Origin: an uncultured Candidatus Saccharibacteria bacterium
GTDB lineage: Bacteria; Patescibacteriota; Minisyncoccia; Phycocordibacterales; UBA918
DNA length: 64,000 nt
Direction: 5' to 3'
Assembly (NCBI GenBank): GCA_964643955.1
Contig: CAZXUO010000001.1
Span: 78,314-142,313, forward strand
Of this stretch, positions 19,764 through 29,392 are shown piece by piece. Position 1 is the stretch's first letter. Each line of letters starts with the position of its first letter. Made by a program: the position numbers and the translations under genes. The notes beneath the pieces are model-generated. The model did no database searches. It was not told the DNA's origin and saw nothing but the letters and a program-made list of their open reading frames with translations.

Positions 19764-19797
19764 GTGAAAAGTATATCACTTTTCACATGGGCTTTTT
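19753..19797. promoter_or_regulatory. perfect 15-bp inverted repeat flanked by A5/T5, overlapping the annotated start codon of the CAP-domain gene
   Basis: AAAAA-GCCCATGTGAAAAGT-atat-CACTTTTCACATGGGC-TTTTT. The arms include the ATG at 19761-19763. Confidence 0.5.
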
Positions 19798-19814
19798 CAC
19801 AATACCGTGACTAT

Positions 19815-20828
19815 CTACTCGAAAAGTACCGGCAGTTCAAATGCATCGTCGTGCTCAGGAAGTCCTGATGGATTATCTTTTTTAAAGATGACCGCACCAC
19901 GACGATAAGGAGTGTCCTCGGGTACCGTAAAGGTAATGGTGCCCTCAAATGGCACGTACTCAGTCGTCATCCAGTCACCTTGTGCTTCTGCATAGCCCTC
20001 TCCAATAATGACGCCATCCCAATCAACGACAGTAATAGGAAATGAAGCTTCAAAATACCACTGGCCTCGCGCTTCTCCGCGCACCGTCATGGGTGAAGCG
20101 ACCATACCATTTGCAGGAGGCAACGATACCGCGATCAGATCTTTGTAACGCGATACCGGCTCGGCAGGTGTGACGATTGAACCCTCTCCAAAAGCATGTG
20201 CTCCGACCGAGACCTCAAGACGCTTCGGCACAGTTGGTGGCATCGCCATCGCATCTTCTTCGCGACGGTCTCTAAAATCAACGCGCGCAGTGTACATTTG
20301 CTCTGCGCCATCGATCGATACCCCGTCAATCGCAATACGATCGCCGAGTAGGTAGCTGTCACGCAGCACAAGTGCATTCGTACCTTCACGCGCAAAGAGA
20401 CCAAGTGATGCAAATGATCCGCTGCCGCCATAATTTGCAAAATATGGAATGAGGACATCACCAGATGCTTGTTGGTACGCAACGTGCATGTCGATAAGTA
20501 CCACATTTCCGGTACCTGCCGGCTCTACCTCAAAATCAGAAGAAAAGGGCTGACCTGATGAGGGATCGCGCGTAAGTACGATCTCGCGCTGTGGGGTATC
20601 CTCAAGCGCCATGGTGATAGTAGAAATATCAGAGAGCGAAAAAGTCGCTGGGTATTCTTGCTCAGGACCCCCATCGCGCGGCACACATTTATTTTCCGTA
20701 TCACTCCAGATGGTTGTCTCGTCACTACAGCAGTTTGTGCACGTAAAAAGACCAACGAGTGTGTCGCGATAGACATATGCAAGTATGCCCGCTGCTACCA
20801 AGACAACAAGAATGATGATTTTCTTCAT
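19815..20828 (-). CDS. secreted Gmad2-like immunoglobulin-like domain protein
   Basis: N-terminal signal/TM (MKKIIILVVLVAAGILA). The C-terminal region resembles the Gmad2 Ig-like fold (MTVRGEARGQWYFEASFPITVVDWDGVIIGEGYAEAQGDWMTTEYVPFEGTITF). Confidence 0.45.
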   Translation of the reverse strand: MKKIIILVVLVAAGILAYVYRDTLVGLFTCTNCCSDETTIWSDTENKCVPRDGGPEQEYPATFSLSDISTITMALEDTPQREIVLTRDPSSGQPFSSDFEVEPAGTGNVVLIDMHVAYQQASGDVLIPYFANYGGSGSFASLGLFAREGTNALVLRDSYLLGDRIAIDGVSIDGAEQMYTARVDFRDRREEDAMAMPPTVPKRLEVSVGAHAFGEGSIVTPAEPVSRYKDLIAVSLPPANGMVASPMTVRGEARGQWYFEASFPITVVDWDGVIIGEGYAEAQGDWMTTEYVPFEGTITFTVPEDTPYRRGAVIFKKDNPSGLPEHDDAFELPVLFE

Positions 20829-20873
20829 AGATATTAGTATACCGGCCTACCCATGGGATAGCCACTTACGTCA

Positions 20874-22139
20874 CTATTTAACGGTAATCTGCACCAATTG
20901 TTCAACACGACGTACATCTGCAAGAAGTTTTGCACGATCTTTGTTTGCGAGTGTCACATTAAATACAGCACCACCACCACTTGTCGCAAAACGAGACCTA
21001 TCGCCGATCTTTTTATGAATAACAATGCTATCAAATGAAGCAAGCTCTTGGATTTTCTTGATGCCTTTAAGTTCTGTAATGATTCCCTCTTTGTCTGGGT
21101 AGTACTTCAATACCGTTGCATACGCCTTAATCTTCTTTGAGATAACCGGCTTCTGAGGAATACGAATTAAAATATCATTTATTGAGTGATCGAATCCATA
21201 CCCGAGTTTGTAGAGCTTGTGGCGATACCCACCAACGCGCGGCCCCACCTCAATAATGCGCCAATCATCATCGACTTTCATCAGCTCCACATGCACCGTC
21301 GTACTTCGAAGACCAAGTGCACGCACCGCAAGCTCGACCGTCTTTTCAGCACGCTCTATAGAAGCTTTTTTGAGCTGATGCACTGTCGTGTGGAGATAAT
21401 TTGAAAAATCTTCGCGGCCGCGACTTCGGCTGGTGAGCACCTTGATGATCGGGCATGTATACACTTTGCCGCGCGCCGTCACATACGCATCGATCGAGTA
21501 CATGTCTCCATCCATGAAACGCTCAGCAATAATAGTTGGCGGGCGCTCATACTTCCGCTCTTCATATATCTTCTGAATCTTCTGGAATGCCTTCGTCAGA
21601 GTCTTTTCAAATTCTTCTTCGTGATAACAAATAGACACCAACATGCTTTGTGCGAGATTGGTCGGCTTGATGATGAGCGGAAAACCGACTTTCTCTGCAA
21701 TGCGGACGCGCTCTTTCTTGCTATTCTCACGAACAACTGTAAATACTGGTGTGCCCTTTTTATCAAAAATACGAAGTCGCTTGCGCATTGCAAGCTTATC
21801 GGTCGCCCAATGAATTGATTCCGCGGTCGGCGTGCGGAGATACGGCACATGCGGAATGATCTTTGCAAACAATTCCATGTGCGACTCAGAGCGGCATGAG
21901 ATAGCGAGCATCTCATCCATGTACGGCAAAAGCTCGGTCGTGATCGTCTCCGGCTTACTAAAATCACACTCAATAAAAATATCGAGATCGCTTGGTACCG
22001 GACTATGTTTCTGCTTAATATCACGAATAAGCATCACTCGGAACTTCTGCTTTGTGCGCTTTCCGTACGCACGTATTCCCGGAATGATATCTTCGTGCAC
22101 CAACGAAACGTACGTGATGATATTTTTTTTCTGCGCCAT
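20874..22139 (-). CDS. ATP-grasp domain protein (carboxylate-amine ligase-like)
   Basis: ATP-grasp core elements (GFPLIIKPTNLAQS, ERFMDGDMYSIDAYV, VHVELMKVDDDWRIIEVGPRVGG). The N-terminal ~130 aa are atypical. Confidence 0.6.
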   Translation of the reverse strand: MAQKKNIITYVSLVHEDIIPGIRAYGKRTKQKFRVMLIRDIKQKHSPVPSDLDIFIECDFSKPETITTELLPYMDEMLAISCRSESHMELFAKIIPHVPYLRTPTAESIHWATDKLAMRKRLRIFDKKGTPVFTVVRENSKKERVRIAEKVGFPLIIKPTNLAQSMLVSICYHEEEFEKTLTKAFQKIQKIYEERKYERPPTIIAERFMDGDMYSIDAYVTARGKVYTCPIIKVLTSRSRGREDFSNYLHTTVHQLKKASIERAEKTVELAVRALGLRSTTVHVELMKVDDDWRIIEVGPRVGGYRHKLYKLGYGFDHSINDILIRIPQKPVISKKIKAYATVLKYYPDKEGIITELKGIKKIQELASFDSIVIHKKIGDRSRFATSGGGAVFNVTLANKDRAKLLADVRRVEQLVQITVK

Positions 22140-22248
22140 ATTTTAGAGTCGAACAATACTACTGCATGACAGATCTAAGTCAAGCTACAAAGGAATATTC
22201 GGAGTCGGATGTCTAAATTATCCTATACTGTTCTCCATAAATCCAATC

Positions 22249-23013
22249 ATGTATTATGGCTCAATGCTTATAACATATGCGACCTCTCATGTTTGGGAGC
22301 GCTTAGTAACAGAAGATCCGCTTGCCTGCTTTGGTAAAAACACGAAGGCTCGGCTGCGCTCAACACTCAATCAGATTAGTAGCTTCGATATTCAAGCAAT
22401 CACCGCGCCTCTTAATGAAACTTTTCTAGACGAGTTTCTCCCGCTCTACCAGCGACTAATTCAAGAGAAAGATAATCCTCTCATTATAGATATACGAGAA
22501 ACAACCCTCGGCAATTCGGCTACGAAGTATCCATATTTCTATACAGCCTTGTATGAAGAAGGAGTGCTCCTTGGTGCTATTATTTTTTCTCTCCGAGAAA
22601 CGAGTGTATCAATCGCATATCGAGCATTTGAGTACGAATGGAATTCGGCGAAACTCCCTGCAAACCCAACCATGTATGCGGAGTACCTTATATCGCTCCA
22701 CGCTACCGAAATCGGTGTTGAGAAATTCATCCACGGAAAAGATCGCAATCCGTATGGACTGAATGCAAGTATCGGTCTCGCAATATTTAAGCTCGGCGTT
22801 GGTTGCTATCTACGCAAATCAAGAGAGTTTGAAATCAAAACACTTGATACCGAAATACTCACTACCGATATCTTTATACTCGAATATCCTGGTGATTCTG
22901 AAACTCGAATTAAGAAGGGATACTTAGTCACCTCTGCTGCGAATGAAGCGACATGGGATCGTGTTCGAAGATATCCCGATCAGATCGCTGTCGAAACCAT
23001 CTTCAGAGATTGA
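22249..23013 (+). CDS. hypothetical protein, possible GNAT-fold/FemAB-like acyl- or peptidyl-transferase
   Basis: 254 aa, divergently transcribed from the ATP-grasp gene. The central region (VLLGAIIFSLRETSVSIAYRAFEYEW ... NASIGLAIFKLGVGCY) is reminiscent of GNAT/FemAB beta-sheet cores. No unambiguous motif. Confidence 0.3.
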   Translation: MYYGSMLITYATSHVWERLVTEDPLACFGKNTKARLRSTLNQISSFDIQAITAPLNETFLDEFLPLYQRLIQEKDNPLIIDIRETTLGNSATKYPYFYTALYEEGVLLGAIIFSLRETSVSIAYRAFEYEWNSAKLPANPTMYAEYLISLHATEIGVEKFIHGKDRNPYGLNASIGLAIFKLGVGCYLRKSREFEIKTLDTEILTTDIFILEYPGDSETRIKKGYLVTSAANEATWDRVRRYPDQIAVETIFRD

Positions 23014-23400
23014 CTAGATAAGTCCAAAGCCGACTGCGGTGAGATAGCCACCGAGGAGCGCTGAGAAGATGCCTCCTGAGACATACCAGAGAGGGATGTT
23101 GAATGAGCGGATCATCTTTTGCATGCTCTTAAATGGTAGTGAAATGTACAAAATACCCTCAATAACCATCATCCAACCAACGAGAGAGATAATACCCATC
23201 CAATCGAGAGTGATATTTGGATACACAAGCAAGATGGCAAGACCAGCTGCAAGCTCGATAAATGCAAACATGACAACGATCGCCTTGTTTTGTGCAAGCT
23301 CAGTAATCGCAGGCATGAGTGACTTTCGGCGAACAGCCACAACCACACCGACGATGAGTAAATAGAGACCGATCAACTGCGCGAGGAACATTGACTCCAT
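23014..23400 (-). CDS. small integral membrane protein (4 predicted TM helices)
   Basis: 128 aa, dominated by hydrophobic helices. Confidence 0.4.
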   Translation of the reverse strand: MESMFLAQLIGLYLLIVGVVVAVRRKSLMPAITELAQNKAIVVMFAFIELAAGLAILLVYPNITLDWMGIISLVGWMMVIEGILYISLPFKSMQKMIRSFNIPLWYVSGGIFSALLGGYLTAVGFGLI

Positions 23401-23437
23401 AAAATAAAATGTGATGAATTAATCAACGACTTGCATT

Positions 23438-23467
23438 AAGAATAGCGCGGTGGTCCGCGCTATTCTT
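23438..23467. other. perfect 13-bp inverted repeat (AAGAATAGCGCGG-tggt-CCGCGCTATTCTT) without a U-tract
   Basis: Seen in sequence between the cupin gene and the small membrane protein gene. Confidence 0.3.
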
Positions 23468-23485
23468 CATCTCCTGTGTATAAAA

Positions 23486-23872
23486 CTACTCAGTGGTCGC
23501 ACCGTCGAAATGTTCTTCCTGTTCGTCTGCTTTTGTTTTTTGGACAATGCCGTCTTTGTGTTCGGGCGGTGCGTAAAGCGTGTAGAGCTTGAGATCCACA
23601 TCGCTCTCATTTACCACATTGTGGCGGACTCCTGCGGGAACTATGACTGCATGATCATGTTCTATTACATGCTTTTCGCCGTCGAGATACACCGTTGCGG
23701 TCCCCTCCTCAAAACGAATAAACTGATCAAGCGTATGCACTTCTTCTCCAATCTCCTCACCAGCCTTCAGTGACATGAGTACCAGTTGGCAATTTTTTGC
23801 GGTGTACAGCACGCGGCGATAGTCAGTGTTTGCAACGGTCTCCTTTTCAATGGGTGTGATATATCCTTTCAT
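23486..23872 (-). CDS. cupin domain protein
   Basis: Two-motif cupin pattern (G.EIGEEVH ... PAGVRHNVVN) in 128 aa. Confidence 0.7.
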   Translation of the reverse strand: MKGYITPIEKETVANTDYRRVLYTAKNCQLVLMSLKAGEEIGEEVHTLDQFIRFEEGTATVYLDGEKHVIEHDHAVIVPAGVRHNVVNESDVDLKLYTLYAPPEHKDGIVQKTKADEQEEHFDGATTE

Positions 23873-23895
23873 ATCACCCCAGTATATCAGAAATG

Positions 23896-25347
23896 CTATT
23901 TATTGAGGTCGAGCACTTCGTCGATGCGGATCTGCGCAACAAAGTCTGGCACGTGGCTCACGAGAATCATCGCTCCCTTGTACTCATCGAGTGCCTTTGC
24001 GATAACCGGCAGGTGGCGGAAGTTGATATGGTTTGTCGGCTCATCGAGAATAAGGAGGCCTGGCTCAAGCAGTACGAGCTGCGCAAAAGCAACAAGTCCT
24101 TTTTGGCCTTCAGAAAGATTACCGATCTTCGTGAAGATAAAGTCGCTCGAAATAAGGAAGCCAGCAGCAGTAGCACGCATGCGCTCTTCCTCTTTCTTTT
24201 CCATAACTGAAAGCAATGCTTCGGCAGGCGTCTGATCAAAATCAAGCGTAGAGAAATCTTGTCGGTAGTATCCGATCTTTACGCCAGGCGCGACGGTCTC
24301 CCCTTTCGCATGTCCCGAAGCGAGCGCCTCAAGGAGCGTTGACTTGCCGATGCCGTTTGGACCAACAAGCTGGAGGTGGTTGTTCTTACGCAACACAATA
24401 TGCGCTTTTTTCTCCGTTGGCTTGTGATCCTTGATGACCGTATATGAAGAAATCTTCAAAATATCAATCGGAAGATTTGATTGAACAGGGATCGTAAATG
24501 GCCGAATCGTCTTATCCTCACGTCGCACCTCGATCTTGTTTTCTTCAAACTCCTCTACTTCTTCGCGCATTTTCTTTGCAACGAGACGCATCTTGCCTCC
24601 CTTTTGTGCAAAGAAGTTTGCTTTGTCCTTGTTTTCTTGAATCTTCTTTGCCGCTTGAGCGTTCTTTCGATTTTCCTTTTCAATACGTGAAGCAATCTCT
24701 TCTACTACATCGTGGTAGTTTCCGTCGTACTGTTCAATCGTATGTGTATGTACATCGAGGTACAAGACGCCATGGGTAAACGCATTCAAGAATTCAGAAT
24801 CGTGGGAAATAACAAGACAGGTCTTTTTGTAATTCACCAAGAATTCTGTGAGGTGGCGAATACCTTCGACGTCGAGATTGTTAGTCGGCTCATCAAGAAG
24901 CAAAAGATCAGGGTTTTGAATGAGTGCCGATGCAAGGAGGAGGCGCGCCTGTTGGCCACCTGAAAATGAACGGACAATCCGATCATACGGCGCCTTCAAG
25001 TGCACTACCTCGAGTACCTCATCAATCCGCGGATCGATATCATATATCTTTTCAGGAAAACACTTTGCAAAAAACTCCCGAACGGTAAGATCGAGCTCGT
25101 CCCGCGGAATAATCTGGCGAGAGGTCGCAATGGTGAGCCGCGGCGCAAGATTGATCTCGCCACTCTCTATCTTAAAAGCACCGGTAATGAGGCCGAAAAT
25201 GGTACTTTTTCCGGCACCATTTTGACCCATGAGTGCCATCTTTGCTCCGCGGCGCACCGTAAAGCTCGCCTCATTCAAGATGCGGCGAGTGTGGGTGTGG
25301 CCAAAGGACACATTATCAAAACGTATAACTCCCTCGTTTCGAGACAT
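23896..25347 (-). CDS. ABC-F family ATPase (two fused ABC domains, no transmembrane domain)
   Basis: Two Walker A motifs (GQNGAGKST, GPNGIGKST), two signature motifs (FSGGQQARL, LSEGQKGLV) and a charged inter-domain linker. Confidence 0.85.
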   Translation of the reverse strand: MSRNEGVIRFDNVSFGHTHTRRILNEASFTVRRGAKMALMGQNGAGKSTIFGLITGAFKIESGEINLAPRLTIATSRQIIPRDELDLTVREFFAKCFPEKIYDIDPRIDEVLEVVHLKAPYDRIVRSFSGGQQARLLLASALIQNPDLLLLDEPTNNLDVEGIRHLTEFLVNYKKTCLVISHDSEFLNAFTHGVLYLDVHTHTIEQYDGNYHDVVEEIASRIEKENRKNAQAAKKIQENKDKANFFAQKGGKMRLVAKKMREEVEEFEENKIEVRREDKTIRPFTIPVQSNLPIDILKISSYTVIKDHKPTEKKAHIVLRKNNHLQLVGPNGIGKSTLLEALASGHAKGETVAPGVKIGYYRQDFSTLDFDQTPAEALLSVMEKKEEERMRATAAGFLISSDFIFTKIGNLSEGQKGLVAFAQLVLLEPGLLILDEPTNHINFRHLPVIAKALDEYKGAMILVSHVPDFVAQIRIDEVLDLNK

Positions 25348-25383
25348 CGCTACACAGTACCGTATGTTGCTTAAATGTAAACC

Positions 25384-25995
25384 TCAGCGACTCCTCCGTC
25401 TGCGCATAATATGAAGCGCAATACGCGTAAAATAAATACCAAAAATAAGCGCGATGATGCCGGTTGTAACGGGATCAAGATAATACTGGACGATGTGGTA
25501 CTCAGCTTTGAGAATAAATCCAATACTAAAAAGTATGCTGTTCCAGAGCGCAGAGCCGAGCGCAGTCAAAAGAAGAAAGAAGACGAGCGGCATTCGTACA
25601 CTTCCTGCAGGGACCGAAATGAGCGTACGAATAATCGGCATCAGTCGTCCAAAGAAGACTGCCGCCCACTGATGTCGCGCAAAGACAGCAGCTGCGCGCT
25701 CAGCGTCTTCAGCACTTACTGAAAGGAAAACGCCATATGTCTCAAAGAAGCGCGTGCGGCGCGCGCCACTTACATACACACCAAGGTAAAACCATGGCAA
25801 TGCGCCGAGCGTCGAGCCTGCAACACTGACCACGAGCGCGAGTACTGGATGCAAGACCCCATTTGCGATCAGAAAACCCGTCAGCGGTAAAATTACTTCT
25901 GAAGGAATCGGTGGAAATATGTTTTCGAGAAACATCATCAAAAACAGCCCGACATAGCCGGACTGCTCAATGGTCGAGATCACAAACTCATGCAT
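25384..25995 (-). CDS. DedA family (SNARE-associated/VTT domain) membrane protein
   Basis: DedA N-terminus (GYVGLFLMMFLENIFPPIPSEVILPLTGFL) and topology. Confidence 0.8.
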   Translation of the reverse strand: MHEFVISTIEQSGYVGLFLMMFLENIFPPIPSEVILPLTGFLIANGVLHPVLALVVSVAGSTLGALPWFYLGVYVSGARRTRFFETYGVFLSVSAEDAERAAAVFARHQWAAVFFGRLMPIIRTLISVPAGSVRMPLVFFLLLTALGSALWNSILFSIGFILKAEYHIVQYYLDPVTTGIIALIFGIYFTRIALHIMRRRRSR

Positions 25996-26018
25996 ATGCT
26001 CAGTATACCGTACCGCAC

Positions 26019-27698
26019 TTATGCTCCACTTTTGATGTGCGCAATTGCCTCTTCAGCCTTTGTGCAGAAGCGCCCCTCCTTCTCAAGTGTTGCGATCGCA
26101 GGGAAATGCATGAGGCGCTCGCGCACCTGCTCGCTCGCCGATGAAAGATACACGCGCTTACCACTTCCGATAAGATCCTCAACCGCCTGCACGAGCATTT
26201 CTTCACCTTCAAAATCAATTGAAAACAAATTGCGCAGACGAATAATCACCGTGTGTACATTTTGCGCACGTACGAGGTGGCGGAAGTTTGCTGCGTGACG
26301 GGTACTGTCGATGTACCCCAAGAAACCAGCGACGCTGTACGTAATAAAGGAATACTCGACGTCCTTTGGAATACTCAATACTTTTGCCTGTCGATCTTCT
26401 TCTTTTGTTCCATCAGGATAATTAAAGACCACGTCAAAGTATCCACGGCTGACGCGGTTTGCGAAGAGAAGAAGTGCGAGCACCGCTCCGATGAGCACTG
26501 CGATACCTGCGTCTTCAAGTACCGTGAGTACGAGGACGAGTATCGCGACCGCAAAGCTCTCCTTTTCACGCTTAAAGAATTCGACAAATTTATCAACCTC
26601 GATAAGTCCGATTGCAGTATTTACGAGAATCGCCGCAATAACCGCCATAGGAATAAATGAAAAAAACGGCAGCACCGCAAGCGAGATGACCGCGGTCGCA
26701 AGCGCAGCAACGAGCGCGGATGTTCGGTGCGTAGCTCCTGCTTTGATGTTTGCACCTGTACGAATAAACACCCCCGTTGCCGGCAAGCCTCCCATCGCAC
26801 CTGAACCAAGATTTGCAAGCGCAAGACCAAAGAGCTCCTTACGGCTCGAGAACTGCGTCTTTGTAATCTTGTCAGCAATCTGCGCAGTGATGAGCGTCTC
26901 AAGTACTGCGATAAGTGCGATGAGGCTAGCAGCATTGAGCACAAAGAGAAACATCTCACGATCAGCAAGTATGAGCGGGATAGCATCCCAGGCGACCGGA
27001 AGTGAGAGCGACGCAGTAAACGAACCAAACTTATCTCCAAGCGAGATGAGATTAAATGAAGTGAAGTGTGTCTCAAACCATCCGAAGATAATACCGAACA
27101 CTGCTGCTGGAATCACTGCAGGAATACGCTTAATCGAACGCTTCCAGACGAGAATGAATACCAAGAAAAGAATGAAGGTACCGACCGCAGGTCCGCTCGT
27201 CTCCGCCGCATGTGCGATATAGAGCTCGATGTCACCAATAAACGTACCGGTGCGCTTAAGTGCTGAGAGACCCGTCGCATCAAAGAGCTGCGAAGCAGCG
27301 ATAAGGAATGCGACGCCGCCTGCAAAACCGTACATCACACTCGAAGGAATGTAGTAGAGGAAACGATCGGCACGAATTGCCCAGATAAAAAGAATGATGA
27401 GACCTGACGCAATCGCAAGAATAGGAAGCGCGGCTGCACCAAGTCCGAGTGGTGCTGCGAGTGTCGCGGCAAAGAGGACTGTCGTGAGTGCTCCTGCCGC
27501 GCCGATGATGTTGTAATTACTTCCACAAAAGATACCTGCAATGAGGGTCGCCCAGATACCAGTAATAATACCGGGGAGCGGTCCTGCGCCCGAGGCGACC
27601 GAGAGCGCGATTGAGAGTGGTACTGAGATAAGCGCGACCGTAAGACCTGCCTTCCAATTTTCCTTTACCAGATTGAGTACCGCTTCTTTCTTTTGCAT
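26019..27698 (-). CDS. SulP family inorganic anion transporter with C-terminal STAS domain
   Basis: SulP membrane core with a C-terminal STAS domain. Likely start MQKKEAVLNL at 27698; the track ORF extends to 27830. Confidence 0.85.
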   Translation of the reverse strand: MQKKEAVLNLVKENWKAGLTVALISVPLSIALSVASGAGPLPGIITGIWATLIAGIFCGSNYNIIGAAGALTTVLFAATLAAPLGLGAAALPILAIASGLIILFIWAIRADRFLYYIPSSVMYGFAGGVAFLIAASQLFDATGLSALKRTGTFIGDIELYIAHAAETSGPAVGTFILFLVFILVWKRSIKRIPAVIPAAVFGIIFGWFETHFTSFNLISLGDKFGSFTASLSLPVAWDAIPLILADREMFLFVLNAASLIALIAVLETLITAQIADKITKTQFSSRKELFGLALANLGSGAMGGLPATGVFIRTGANIKAGATHRTSALVAALATAVISLAVLPFFSFIPMAVIAAILVNTAIGLIEVDKFVEFFKREKESFAVAILVLVLTVLEDAGIAVLIGAVLALLLFANRVSRGYFDVVFNYPDGTKEEDRQAKVLSIPKDVEYSFITYSVAGFLGYIDSTRHAANFRHLVRAQNVHTVIIRLRNLFSIDFEGEEMLVQAVEDLIGSGKRVYLSSASEQVRERLMHFPAIATLEKEGRFCTKAEEAIAHIKSGA

Positions 27699-27826
27699 AG
27701 GCGTAAATAAAGAGAAATAAAATAACTGTTTGTTTATACTCCTGTCCTCCCTTCTCTGCAAACCATTATCGTCCATAAAAGAAAGGGCGCCGCCGCACGT
27801 ATGCGACGACGACCCCACTACTACAC

Positions 27827-28570
27827 TCACACCACATCGAGGACCTCCGTGTGCCTCCCCTCGTTTTCACGCAGCCACGTCACCATCTTCTCCTTCGCGA
27901 CGTGCGCGATAACCATCTCACCGTCTCCGAAATCGAAATGGAGGAGAATAAAGATCTTGAGCTGCCGAATACCCACCGTACGCCAACAGCGGCCAATATA
28001 CTCCTTCGCCTTCGGTCCAGCCTTGAGCACCTCTCGCCGACTCTTACCCGCTTTACAGGCAAACCCGCACGGGAAATGGTAGATCAACGCAAAATTTTCA
28101 AGACCCCCTACCATCTGACCAATGAGCAGCTGCGCCATCACGTCTGCATCAGCGTCAGCCGAAAACGGCACGCGAGATGCATCGAGTCCATTACCGAGCA
28201 AGAGCGCCCCTCCGAACATTTTGACCGGAGAGTGGCGTCGACCAACATCGGTTGGACCGAAGAGCGACCGCGCGCACTCCTGCATGTGATCATGCCGATC
28301 AGGATCAGCACAAAAGAGGCTGCCCATACCCCCGGACACAGACGCCTTCGACGGGTCGAGAGGTTCACAAACTTCCCCCTCACGGAGAAGCACGTACAGC
28401 TCTCGAAGCCCGTCAAATGATGGCTTCCGACTATCGGTAAGTACTGCATGGAGACCGGTCAATCTATTGACCGCGATATCTACGTTCATACTGCCTGCCC
28501 CCTCAAAGAACCAATTGCACCGGAGGCGATAGTACTCCTGTCTATCGAAACCCGCAAGGGACTTATGCAC
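27827..28570 (-). CDS. hypothetical protein with a C-x5-R phosphatase-like P-loop motif
   Basis: 247 aa. The motif HFPCGFACKAGKSRR contains CKAGKSR (C-x5-R), resembling Cys-based phosphatase P-loops. No other recognisable motif. Confidence 0.35.
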   Translation of the reverse strand: MHKSLAGFDRQEYYRLRCNWFFEGAGSMNVDIAVNRLTGLHAVLTDSRKPSFDGLRELYVLLREGEVCEPLDPSKASVSGGMGSLFCADPDRHDHMQECARSLFGPTDVGRRHSPVKMFGGALLLGNGLDASRVPFSADADADVMAQLLIGQMVGGLENFALIYHFPCGFACKAGKSRREVLKAGPKAKEYIGRCWRTVGIRQLKIFILLHFDFGDGEMVIAHVAKEKMVTWLRENEGRHTEVLDVV

Positions 28571-28596
28571 CCGTCGTAAAGATTGGCGCGCTTTGC

Positions 28597-29355
28597 CTAC
28601 GGAATAGCACGGAAAATCATTGTGCCGAAATCTCGATTGAGATTGAGGTGGAGCTCGTCACCAATAATACGGTATGAGTTTGTCAGCGCGAGATCGCTTC
28701 CGTACTCGCCCTCGAGCGACCCTTCACAGTACATAAGTGTCGACATAAATGGACCAAAGCTTAACACCTCACCATCAATCACGAAATCTCCCGAAAGCGA
28801 ATTGCAATCAGTGGTACTTGTCATTGTGCCCGCTTCATTGAATGAAAGTACGAAATTGTCTTTGACTGGCTCAAGCTCCTCATCATCGAGATATTCTGTG
28901 CGGATCCACTTCCAACGATTATCAAATAATCCCGATGATGTCTCTACAATTGGTAGGTCATCGTTTGTTTCCTCAAGCACTTCGACTGAGTTTGTTACCG
29001 AGAAAATCCCTTCGATTGGATACTTTTCCCAGTAATTGGTACTGAGCTCTGCAAGTGGCGTGACAATACCATCAGCACGAATACGCGTTCCATCAGTAAG
29101 TACCGGCGGCAAATCTGACACCAATCCAAAATCAATCGCGTAATACTCACCCTCGTCTGTCTTGATGCCGAATGCGCATTCAGTAGTCACTGGCGCGGTC
29201 GTATCCTTTGGAGGTAAGCATCCGTACGTGCCCGCAAGCGTAGCGCGTACCGTCTCGCGTTCAGGTACAACACTTTCCGAATGCTTGTTCTTATAGATAA
29301 ACGCAGAAAGCCCAATGACTATCAAAACCCCCGCAATAGCAGCAATTATTCTCAT
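28597..29355 (-). CDS. META domain (HslJ-like, DUF306) secreted protein
   Basis: N-terminal TM/signal plus META-domain features (FGPFMSTLMYCEG, LHLNLNRD). Confidence 0.6.
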   Translation of the reverse strand: MRIIAAIAGVLIVIGLSAFIYKNKHSESVVPERETVRATLAGTYGCLPPKDTTAPVTTECAFGIKTDEGEYYAIDFGLVSDLPPVLTDGTRIRADGIVTPLAELSTNYWEKYPIEGIFSVTNSVEVLEETNDDLPIVETSSGLFDNRWKWIRTEYLDDEELEPVKDNFVLSFNEAGTMTSTTDCNSLSGDFVIDGEVLSFGPFMSTLMYCEGSLEGEYGSDLALTNSYRIIGDELHLNLNRDFGTMIFRAIP

Positions 29356-29392
29356 CCCTCCATCATAGCCACCACGCTTTGGATGTCAAAAC

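Noticed and set aside
27827-28570. Possible protein-tyrosine/dual-specificity phosphatase call for the 247-aa protein
   Set aside because: Only a single C-x5-R string (CKAGKSR) supports it, with no flanking D-loop or other conserved elements recognisable by eye. It is kept as a hypothetical with the motif noted.
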